Below, one piece after another: positions 1-6,707 of a stretch of 10,766 nucleotides of DNA; the first letter of the stretch is position 1, and the number at the start of each line of letters is the position of its first letter. Where the stretch lies: UHGV virus genome UHGV-0121619; one strand, written 5' to 3'. This stretch comes from a virus. Position numbers and translations under genes: made by a program. The notes below the pieces were generated by a model, which saw only the letters and a program-made list of their open reading frames with translations, was not told where the DNA came from and searched no databases.

Positions 1-283
1 TAGCGCCATAGCGTGAGCGGTAATTACGCAGGCGCGGGTCGATATATTCAGGGAAGTGGGTATATGTGGCTTTGCGGAATGGTCGGATTGATGTCTGGTA
101 AATTCGCTCGCGTTCTTCTTTCTCTGCAAGCCATATACAATGGCGAAATTCCTTTTCCTCTTTCGTTTCCTGCGGTAGCGACATTATCCGGTCGTAGTTT
201 TTCCTGAATTTATCCAGCACCTCCGATACGGAATTGCCGGAACAGCGGCGCGGGTCATCCGCACCATACTGAGGCGCTGGCAT
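1..283 (-). CDS. hypothetical protein, 5' portion only (runs off left edge of window)
   Basis: ATG at 281-283 (minus) preceded by AGGA about 7 nt upstream; reading frame stays open to position 1 (MPAPQYGADDPRRCSGNSVSEVLDKFRKNYDRIMSLPQETKEEKEF...). Absent from ORF track, presumably because no stop lies in the window. Same strand as erf/ssb operon. Confidence 0.4.
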   Translation of the reverse strand, partial: MPAPQYGADDPRRCSGNSVSEVLDKFRKNYDRIMSLPQETKEEKEFRHCIWLAEKEERERIYQTSIRPFRKATYTHFPEYIDPRLRNYRSRYGA

Positions 284-306
284 AATGGAATCCTTATTTT
301 GCTAAT

Positions 307-690
307 CTAGAAGGGGATTGAATCGTCGTATTCAGGATGATTTTGATGATTGCTACTTTGCTGCTGTTGGCTGTTTCCTGAAGTTGCAAATCCAATCTTT
401 GCATTCAGTAATTCAAGAGTGATTGATTGACCATTTTGCCCCTGATAAACATCTACCCTGATGTTTTCTCCGGTAATTTCCACAATGCCACCTTCAACAA
501 GAACACTACGGTAGTAATCCGCTTGCGCTCCCGGCTTGGCAAATACAACGGCGCTGTAGTTTGTCCATTCTTTCTTTTTTGTCTGGCGATCGTAATACTG
601 AACGCCAGCACGGATGTTGAATCCGATATTTTCCCCGGCCTGAAACTCTCTTGCGGGCTTGTTTAGTCTTACAGTAATCGAATGTGCCAT
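307..690 (-). CDS. ssb: phage single-stranded DNA-binding protein (SSB-like)
   Basis: 127-aa ORF with acidic C-terminal tail ...PEYDDSIPF resembling the DDDIPF tip of bacterial SSB; Gly/Gln-rich linker before the tail; start codon overlaps erf stop (TAATG at 688-692). Confidence 0.7.
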   Translation of the reverse strand: MAHSITVRLNKPAREFQAGENIGFNIRAGVQYYDRQTKKKEWTNYSAVVFAKPGAQADYYRSVLVEGGIVEITGENIRVDVYQGQNGQSITLELLNAKIGFATSGNSQQQQSSNHQNHPEYDDSIPF

Positions 691-1295
691 TAAGCAGCAG
701 CTCCTTCTAATTCGTCTCGTCTGATGTTGTAAACGTCCTGCGCTTTGTGCTGCTCAGGTGTGCCTTCGAGCATCTTCCACGCTTTGGCGAACGCCTGTTT
801 AAGCTCTTCTACGGTGTTTTTCTGCATTGCTGCGTCAGTGAATGCTTTTAGAACCTGTTCAGGTGTAGGTGATGGTTTTGATTGCTTTGCTGCTGCGTTC
901 TGTTGATGTTTATGCTCGTCTGTATCTGCATCTTTCGCATCATCAATGCCGAACAAACCATTGAGGCAATACTTGCGTGCATAAGAGCTTGTAGCTCCCG
1001 TAACTTGTGCAGAATCCATTCCTTTCTTGCTTTCTTCCTCTCGTGCAAGAGCGGTTGCCGTATGACTGTTTTCGCCATCGGTAATAGTTGCCGTGGCTTT
1101 CACGTAATACCGATCACCAATCAACACAACTTCATCGCTGATTGATAAAAACAGACCATTCAGTAACGGCTTAACGCCTTCAAGAATGTCTTCGCAGCTT
1201 CTGTATTTATATTTGCCGAATGAGTTGTACTGATTCTTTGGCGCGTTCAGATTCTCCTGAATAGCTGCCAGTCTTGCGTAAAATTCTTTGCTCAT
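690..1295 (-). CDS. erf: Erf-type single-strand annealing recombinase (P22 Erf-like)
   Basis: 201 aa from ATG 1293-1295 (ORF track start at 1325 is an upstream in-frame Met); sequence MSKEFYARLAAIQENLNAPKNQYNSFGKYKYRSCEDILEGVKPLL... recalled as very close to phage P22 Erf. Confidence 0.85.
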   Translation of the reverse strand: MSKEFYARLAAIQENLNAPKNQYNSFGKYKYRSCEDILEGVKPLLNGLFLSISDEVVLIGDRYYVKATATITDGENSHTATALAREEESKKGMDSAQVTGATSSYARKYCLNGLFGIDDAKDADTDEHKHQQNAAAKQSKPSPTPEQVLKAFTDAAMQKNTVEELKQAFAKAWKMLEGTPEQHKAQDVYNIRRDELEGAAA

Positions 1296-1396
1296 ATGAT
1301 TGTTCTCAGAATGGACAAGGCCCAAGGAAATAACGCTGATTTAATACTTCGACTCGGGACAAATTAAGGCATACCCGCATTCCTTCGCGGTCGCCA

Positions 1397-1555
1397 TTAT
1401 GGCGATACCAGAGAGCTTTCTGCGTGTACATGCGTCTCTGTAACTTGCTCTCCTTCACTGTGGTTGCAAGTGACATGAATATCTCCTTCGTTACCGATTA
1501 ATTCTTTCATCTGACGAATGAATTCTTCGTCTGACCAGTTATCTGTAAAACTCAT
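1397..1555 (-). CDS. hypothetical 52-aa protein in the arf/gam position between kil and erf
   Basis: ATG 1553-1555 overlaps kil-like stop (ATGA); translation MSFTDNWSDEEFIRQMKELIGNEGDIHVTCNHSEGEQVTETHVHAESSLVSP; below ORF-track size cutoff. An alternative 41-aa ORF (1306-1431, other frame) also exists; cannot decide from sequence alone. Confidence 0.3.
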   Translation of the reverse strand: MSFTDNWSDEEFIRQMKELIGNEGDIHVTCNHSEGEQVTETHVHAESSLVSP

Positions 1556-1704
1556 TTCCTGCGATACCACGGAAGGTTGATAGCTGATTTCATCGCTTTA
1601 TTTGCTTCAAGCCACATTTTTGAATCACCAATAAATCGGGCTATTACTGCTTTGTTCTGTGCAGCACGAAGCATCTGGTGATTAATGGCTATTTCATTGC
1701 GCAT
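1552..1704 (-). CDS. kil: Kil-like small protein (host cell-division inhibitor family)
   Basis: 50-aa ORF MRNEIAINHQMLRAAQNKAVIARFIGDSKMWLEANKAMKSAINLPWYRRK; strong GGAGG RBS 5 nt upstream of ATG 1702-1704; motif FIGD.KM recalled from lambda Kil; sits immediately downstream of and overlapping cIII-like gene as in lambda. Confidence 0.5.
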   Translation of the reverse strand: MRNEIAINHQMLRAAQNKAVIARFIGDSKMWLEANKAMKSAINLPWYRRK

Positions 1705-1823
1705 AACGCCTCCAGTTGTTTCTTTGCTGCTCTGATTAATTGTTTAACTCGGCGTGATAATTCAGATTCGTGCGGGTAGAAAGCGGACATGACGCCGCTA
1801 CCCGCTAAAATATATTCATTCAT
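1689..1823 (-). CDS. cIII: cIII-like protein (FtsH/HflB inhibitor family)
   Basis: 44-aa ORF MNEYILAGSGVMSAFYPHESELSRRVKQLIRAAKKQLEALCAMK; N-terminus and central amphipathic region align with recalled lambda CIII (MQYAIAGWPVAGCPSESLLERITRKLRDGWKRLIDIL); start ATG overlaps HNH stop (TAATG at 1821-1825). Confidence 0.6.
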   Translation of the reverse strand: MNEYILAGSGVMSAFYPHESELSRRVKQLIRAAKKQLEALCAMK

Positions 1824-2335
1824 TATTTGCTCCTGTAGAATTCGCCGTGATGCTTTCTGGCAAAGTCGCAGTAAGCTTTTTTGGCATCTTCTAATTCATT
1901 AAAGTACCCTAGATGTTTTTTCTTCCCGTTTAATTTCCCATAGGCAGCCCACTTTCTACTTTCCTTCTTCCATGTGACTCCTTTGCAACCTGATTTGTTG
2001 AGGGTATTTATTTTACTATTCATTGAATTCTGTGAGTAAGTTGCAAGCCTCAGATTGCAAATTCTGTTATCTGTCTTTATGCCATTTATATGGTCGATAA
2101 TACCTTCAGGCTCAACACCGAAAGTGATAATCCATGCAAGTCTATGTGCAGCATAGTGTCTTCCGTTAATGAAAATCCTTAAGTAGCCGCTTGTTGTTAT
2201 TGTTCCGGCAGTTCCACCTATCTTTCTTGCTCCATAAGATTTTAGCCATGTGAACTCACCAGAAATAGGGTTATATTTGACAACATTATTAATCTCACTT
2301 AGGGAAATTAATTCAAGAATCTTTATAAATGCCAT
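1823..2335 (-). CDS. HNH homing endonuclease with C-terminal AP2-like DNA-binding domain
   Basis: Likely start ATG 2333-2335 (MAFIKILE..., AGGA RBS upstream; ORF track start at 2350 is TTG). HNH motif region DHINGIKTDNRICNLRLATYSQNSMN and AP2-like segment GVTWKKESRKWAAYGKLNGKKKHLGYFNELEDAKKAY. Confidence 0.8.
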   Translation of the reverse strand: MAFIKILELISLSEINNVVKYNPISGEFTWLKSYGARKIGGTAGTITTSGYLRIFINGRHYAAHRLAWIITFGVEPEGIIDHINGIKTDNRICNLRLATYSQNSMNSKINTLNKSGCKGVTWKKESRKWAAYGKLNGKKKHLGYFNELEDAKKAYCDFARKHHGEFYRSK

Positions 2336-2419
2336 TTTATATCCTATCAACTGCGTTCATTAATCAGCGTTTACGCTCATGAATAAACACCTCTCGTGAA
2401 GCGTTATTGGTATGCATAT

Positions 2420-2443
2420 AAAAAGGCCCTCACACTGGAGGGC
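2420..2443 (-). terminator. intrinsic terminator-like hairpin within leftward operon
   Basis: On minus strand: stem GCCCTC (2438-2443 rc) / loop / GAGGGC (2426-2431 rc) followed by CTTTTTATAT; lies between the 108-aa gene and the HNH gene. Confidence 0.55.
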
Positions 2444-2549
2444 AAAGAAGATTTCCAATAATCAGAACAAGTCGGCTCCTGTTTAGTTACGAGCGACATT
2501 GCTCCGTGTATTCACTCGTTGGAATGAATACACAGTGCTTATTCGCAGC

Positions 2550-2876
2550 CTACATAATCATTCCGGTTATTATTACCATTTCAATATCGCTATCTTTCAT
2601 AATGATTGGAGTTGAGTTATCAACTTTACTTTTACTCCATTTTCCTGCATCAGTTTTTACCGCTCCACAATAAGAAAGCCAATCATCATCACAATGTTCT
2701 GGATCACTAATTCTGACAAGAACACGTGATAGTGCTTTTTCGATACTTTCATCACAATTAGCATTTGTGTAATTGCCGTGAGACAATTTCAAATCGTTAA
2801 CTTCATCTTCATTGGCATCAAAAATATAGATTTCAGTCGACTCTGGAACATTTTCATAAACCATTAAAACTTTCAT
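2550..2876 (-). CDS. hypothetical acidic protein (108 aa), early-left accessory gene
   Basis: Complete ORF MKVLMVYENVPESTEIYIFDANEDEVNDLKLSHGNYTNANCDES...; about 21 Asp/Glu vs about 10 Lys/Arg; no recognisable family. Confidence 0.5.
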   Translation of the reverse strand: MKVLMVYENVPESTEIYIFDANEDEVNDLKLSHGNYTNANCDESIEKALSRVLVRISDPEHCDDDWLSYCGAVKTDAGKWSKSKVDNSTPIIMKDSDIEMVIITGMIM

Positions 2877-2969
2877 TTTTACCCCATGTTGTTTATGCCA
2901 AAAATAAATGCCACCGTCAGGCAGCCTTGTTGTAAAGTCGGCGTTTGACTTTCTTGAGCATGGCTCACC

Positions 2970-3179
2970 TCAATCGTAATAAGCTGGAATTGATTTTCCG
3001 CGTTGCTTCTGGCGGCCTGAGCAGGTCACACCCATTTCACTGCGTGGCTTGCGGTAGTAAAGATTGTGCCTGTCTTTTAACCACATCAGGCTCGGTGGTT
3101 CTCGTGTACCCCTACAGCGAGAAATCGGATAAACTCTATTCACCCCTACAGAGAGCAAAAGAGAAACGCCGATGAACAA
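2970..3179 (-). pseudogene. remnant resembling the C-terminal region of lambda-type antiterminator N
   Basis: Last about 30 codons translate to KDRHNLYYRKPRSEMGVTCSGRQKQRGKSIPAYYD, closely matching recalled lambda N C-terminus (ERKNQRTWYSKPGERGITCSGRQKIKGKSIPLI); upstream part of the ORF lacks an Arg-rich RNA-binding motif; a complete P22-type N is present at 3770-4078. Confidence 0.35.
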
Positions 3180-3753
3180 CTCATGGTGGCAGGAACTAAT
3201 GCATTTTTTCCTGCAAGGAATGACACTTAAACAGTTGATTCATATGCTAATCATCCTGATCATATTGATTATTGTTATGCCGGTAAGCGTAAAAGAATGG
3301 ATAAACCTGCATAATCCAGAAATCCTTCCTCATTATTGGATGTATTACATCCTGTTGTTCTGCGTTAGCTATGTGCTTAACGGTGTTGTTAATTCCGCTT
3401 ATCACGCTGTGACTGAAAGAATTGAGGTATCCGCTGCTCAGAAGCGCAAATCTAAAGAAGAAAAATATGTGCAAGATTTGTTTGATTCGTTAACTCTTGG
3501 AGAAAGAGCGTATTTGGCATTCGCTGTAGCCGCGAATAACCAGCTAAAGACAGAAAAGGGAAGCCCCGAAGCAATCTCATTGCTCGAAAAAGGGCTTCTT
3601 ATTCGGATACCTTCTGCTACTGGATATCCTGAAATCGACCGTTTTGTTATCCCGGAACGCTATAGAAATGAGTGCTACATTAGGTTTGCTGGGAAGAAAG
3701 ACAGTCTTATGGATGAACTTATCGCTCAGGATAAGCATGGCAAAAACAAGTAA
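3172..3753 (+). CDS. sieB: SieB-like superinfection exclusion membrane protein
   Basis: 193-aa ORF with two N-terminal hydrophobic helices (LIHMLIILIILIIVMPVSV, HYWMYYILLFCVSYVLNGVV); convergent and adjacent to N as sieB is in lambda/P22. Family call from architecture and position, not alignment. Confidence 0.6.
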   Translation: MNNSWWQELMHFFLQGMTLKQLIHMLIILIILIIVMPVSVKEWINLHNPEILPHYWMYYILLFCVSYVLNGVVNSAYHAVTERIEVSAAQKRKSKEEKYVQDLFDSLTLGERAYLAFAVAANNQLKTEKGSPEAISLLEKGLLIRIPSATGYPEIDRFVIPERYRNECYIRFAGKKDSLMDELIAQDKHGKNK

Positions 3754-3769
3754 TTAGCAAATGATTTTA

Positions 3770-4078
3770 TCATCTCGCCGTCAGTTGTTTTGATTTCCGG
3801 TAGCCTGCCGCGTAAATGGCTACGTTTGGCAGGCAAATACTTCCACTGCATTCATCTGCCTTCTTGCAGCGAAGGCTTCCGAGTGATATTGCTTTTTCAG
3901 AAAGGCTTAAACGCTTTCTTGGGGCTTCCTGAACAGGTTCCTCACTGTCTGTGCCGAAGATAGAATCAATGATGTTGCAGATGGCATCACGCTCGATAGC
4001 CAGCTTTCTGCGCCGCTCATGACGGCGAGTTTTGGCATTTCCTGCAAATGTTGATTTCCCGTACACGATTACCGTCAT
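3770..4078 (-). CDS. N: antitermination protein N, P22 gene 24 type
   Basis: 102 aa from ATG 4076-4078 (MTVIVYGKSTFAGNAKTRRHERRRKLAIERD...), Arg-rich motif near N-terminus as in P22 gp24; AGGA RBS upstream; ORF track start at 4162 is an upstream in-frame Met. Confidence 0.85.
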   Translation of the reverse strand: MTVIVYGKSTFAGNAKTRRHERRRKLAIERDAICNIIDSIFGTDSEEPVQEAPRKRLSLSEKAISLGSLRCKKADECSGSICLPNVAIYAAGYRKSKQLTAR

Positions 4079-4197
4079 GATGTTTTCCTCATGTGAAATG
4101 GCTTTGGTGGTGATGCGCCAGATGCTGATCTTCTGGTTGCTGTCGTTGCAGCTGCAATTCACATCACCGCCAAACCCATCTCGTTTGGTATCTGTTT

Positions 4198-4232
4198 GCG
4201 CTTTGTCAGCGCCCCATCGAAGTTAAAGAGCC
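4198..4232 (-). promoter_or_regulatory. nutL (boxA + boxB), P22-type
   Basis: Minus strand reads GCTCTTTAA (boxA-like, 4223-4232) - 9 nt - GCGCTGACAAAGCGC (boxB hairpin, 4198-4212), between pL and N. Confidence 0.7.
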
Positions 4233-4269
4233 TGCCAATCTGTTCCGTTTGGCTACCAGCGTCCTGCTG

Positions 4270-4340
4270 ATGTGTTTAGTATCACCGCTAGTGGTATGCG
4301 TGTCAACACCGCCAGAGATAATTTATCACCGCAGATGGTT
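4270..4340 (-). promoter_or_regulatory. OL1-OL2-OL3 operators with pL promoter (lambda-type)
   Basis: TATCACCGCTAGTGGTA (4280-4296), CAACACCGCCAGAGATA (4304-4320), TATCACCGCAGATGGTT (4324-4340); on minus strand -35 TTGACA (4301-4306) and -10 GATACT (4278-4283), 17-bp spacer. Confidence 0.85.
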
Positions 4341-4482
4341 ATATGTATGTTTTTTATATAGATTTATTTTTTGCCGGGGTGTGTTGCTGTGGTGGTGTGA
4401 TCGAGAGATCAGAATTGCGATGTTTAGTGAGTTGTATCTATTTATTTTTCAATAAATACAATTGGTTAATGTGTTTTTAGGT

Positions 4483-4494
4483 GGGGGGGGGGGG
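4483..4494. repeat. homopolymeric G12 tract
   Basis: Twelve consecutive G at 4483-4494, directly visible; non-coding spacer between OL3 and the bidirectional terminator. Confidence 0.9.
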
Positions 4495-4512
4495 ATCGAG
4501 AGGCAAAGAAAA

Positions 4513-4540
4513 CCCGGCGCTGAGGCCGGGTGGGGTTTTG
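4513..4540. terminator. bidirectional intrinsic terminator ending the cI operon (tIMM-like)
   Basis: Stem CCCGGC (4513-4518) / loop GCTGAG / GCCGGG (4525-4530); plus strand followed by TGGGGTTTTGTT, minus strand followed by GTTTTCTTTGCC; begins 11 nt after the stop of the 56-aa gene. Confidence 0.65.
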
Positions 4541-4711
4541 TTATTGGTGCATTTGGCAGAGTGTAGTATCAGGTCCATAAGCCAAAGTAAAAACAGGCTT
4601 GTTGATCAATCCGTTGTTCTTTAATGATTGAATCATTTTACCTTGCTCGCTAACTTTTTGCTTGCTAAGTATTTCTGCCACTTGCTGTGTCAGTGATTTG
4701 TCTTTGCTCAT
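4541..4711 (-). CDS. hypothetical 56-aa protein, translationally coupled to upstream peptidase-like gene
   Basis: ATG 4709-4711 immediately follows peptidase stop TAA 4712-4714 (TAAATG); translation MSKDKSLTQQVAEILSKQKVSEQGKMIQSLKNNGLINKPVFTLAYGPDTTLCQMHQ; stop 4541-4543; not in ORF track (below size cutoff). Confidence 0.5.
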   Translation of the reverse strand: MSKDKSLTQQVAEILSKQKVSEQGKMIQSLKNNGLINKPVFTLAYGPDTTLCQMHQ

Positions 4712-5614
4712 TTATGACTCACTTTGTTCTGAGAATGGGAATGAAGACAGAACAAGAACCTGTCGATTTGTCTTATACATGTATTCATTAATGACGTTGT
4801 GCAGATTTTTTAACGCCATGCTAAAATCTTTGTCGTATGTAAAGTCTTCTACTTTAATTCTTAAGTCATTGATAAGAGTATTTATTCCTATCGTTCTTCC
4901 GTGAGAATGCCACTTTCCGTTGTCACTAAGAGCGGTAGCGATCATTTTAGCTCTCGCTTCTTTTTCCCTCTTGGAAACTAGCTTTCCTCGTTTTGTGTTA
5001 CCTTGATGAACCGTCCACTCTCTGAATTTATACTCTACAAGCCACTTCTTAAGCAAGTCTATTGATAGCTCTCTGGCTTGCTCGTATCTCCTTAAGTGCG
5101 CAAGATCTAACTGACTAAGCATCATTAGTTCAGCTTGGGTAATGGTTCCTTCTCTGGATTTAGTAATCATTTCTTCAACTTTATCAAGGTATCCCAAAGC
5201 AGGAACCCATTTACCGTCAGAGGATTGCACTTGAGGGTCAATGGGGCCTAATGAAGAAGCATAGTTCATGTAAATTTTATCTCCAGACATACACCATATT
5301 GTGCCTGCCGACATGGCCATATCTGGAATGATAAAATATACCTCTTGATAGAAATGCCTTGTAATTTCTACCATTTTTTCCACAGACTCAACAGAGCCAC
5401 CATTTGTATTGAGTATAATAACTAGAAATCTATTGGTACGACTGTTAGCCATCTCCCCAATAGCCTCAAGTTTTGGTTGGTAAACTTCTTTTGACCATGG
5501 AAAGATACCACCGTAGTACGCTATGACGTCGCAGCTTGGGAAAAAGTTATTTTTAAATTGCTCTAACTGCCAAGAAATGTATGTTTCTAGTGTTGAATCA
5601 AGATTTTGGCTCAT
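4712..5614 (-). CDS. ClpP/S49-fold serine peptidase-like protein in the rexAB position (candidate exclusion/defence gene)
   Basis: 300-aa ORF; block LVIILNTNGGSVESVEKMVEITRHF...YFIIPDMAMSAGTIWCMSGDKIYMNYASSLGPIDPQV resembles the GG...(A)ASGG nucleophile region of SppA/ClpP-fold peptidases (putative Ser102 in AMSAG); lies directly downstream of cI on the same strand. Confidence 0.75.
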   Translation of the reverse strand: MSQNLDSTLETYISWQLEQFKNNFFPSCDVIAYYGGIFPWSKEVYQPKLEAIGEMANSRTNRFLVIILNTNGGSVESVEKMVEITRHFYQEVYFIIPDMAMSAGTIWCMSGDKIYMNYASSLGPIDPQVQSSDGKWVPALGYLDKVEEMITKSREGTITQAELMMLSQLDLAHLRRYEQARELSIDLLKKWLVEYKFREWTVHQGNTKRGKLVSKREKEARAKMIATALSDNGKWHSHGRTIGINTLINDLRIKVEDFTYDKDFSMALKNLHNVINEYMYKTNRQVLVLSSFPFSEQSES

Positions 5615-5686
5615 GTGATACCTTGCTATATCAACAATTTACAATAACATGTTGCACTATCGGTTTTTTATTAATCACAATTGGAA

Positions 5687-6403
<717 letters not shown>

Positions 6404-6410
6404 TTAAATC

Positions 6411-6476
6411 TATCACCGCAAGGGATAAATATCTAACACCGTGCGTGTTGACTATTTTACCTCTAGCGGTGATAAT
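6411..6476. promoter_or_regulatory. OR3-OR2-OR1 operators with divergent pRM and pR (lambda-type)
   Basis: TATCACCGCAAGGGATA (6411-6427), TAACACCGTGCGTGTTG (6434-6450), TACCTCTAGCGGTGATA (6458-6474); pR -35 TTGACT (6448-6453) and -10 GATAAT (6471-6476); pRM TAGATA/TAGATT on minus strand. Confidence 0.9.
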
Positions 6477-6500
6477 GATTGCATGTACTAAGGAGGTTGT

Positions 6501-6701
6501 ATGGAACAACGCATAACCCTGAAAGATTATGCAATGCGCTTTGGTCAAACCAAGACGGCTAAAGATCTCGGCGTATATCAAAGCGCGATCAACAAGGCCA
6601 TTCATGCAGGCCGAAATATTTTTTTAACTATAAACGCTGATGGAAGCGTTTATGCGGAAGAAATAAAGCCCTTCCCAAGCAACAAAAAAACAACTGCATA
6701 A
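6501..6701 (+). CDS. cro: Cro repressor, lambda type
   Basis: 66-aa [41 protein letters not shown]... recalled as near-identical to lambda Cro; GGAGG RBS upstream. Confidence 0.95.
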   Translation: MEQRITLKDYAMRFGQTKTAKDLGVYQSAINKAIHAGRNIFLTINADGSVYAEEIKPFPSNKKTTA

Positions 6702-6707
6702 GTAACA

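Noticed and set aside
13-207. 64-aa plus-strand ORF at the left edge
   Set aside because: It lies antisense to a longer minus-strand reading frame that has a good RBS and runs off the window, and it has no RBS of its own; most likely spurious.
1306-1431. Alternative 41-aa minus-strand ORF between kil and erf
   Set aside because: It overlaps the 52-aa ORF in another frame, lacks a convincing RBS and is not translationally coupled; kept as a note only since I cannot decide between the two.
2945-3175. 76-aa plus-strand ORF upstream of sieB
   Set aside because: It overlaps the minus-strand frame that carries the N C-terminus-like homology and has no recognisable motif; probably non-coding promoter region for sieB.
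4249-4455. 68-aa plus-strand ORF
   Set aside because: It is laid directly over the OL1-OL3 operators and pL and continues into an AT-rich spacer; the regulatory function explains the sequence.
4483-4494. G12 tract as evidence of a CRISPR leader or integron attC site
   Set aside because: No flanking repeat-spacer structure and no attC-like imperfect palindrome pair; retained only as a homopolymer observation. It could also be an assembly artefact.
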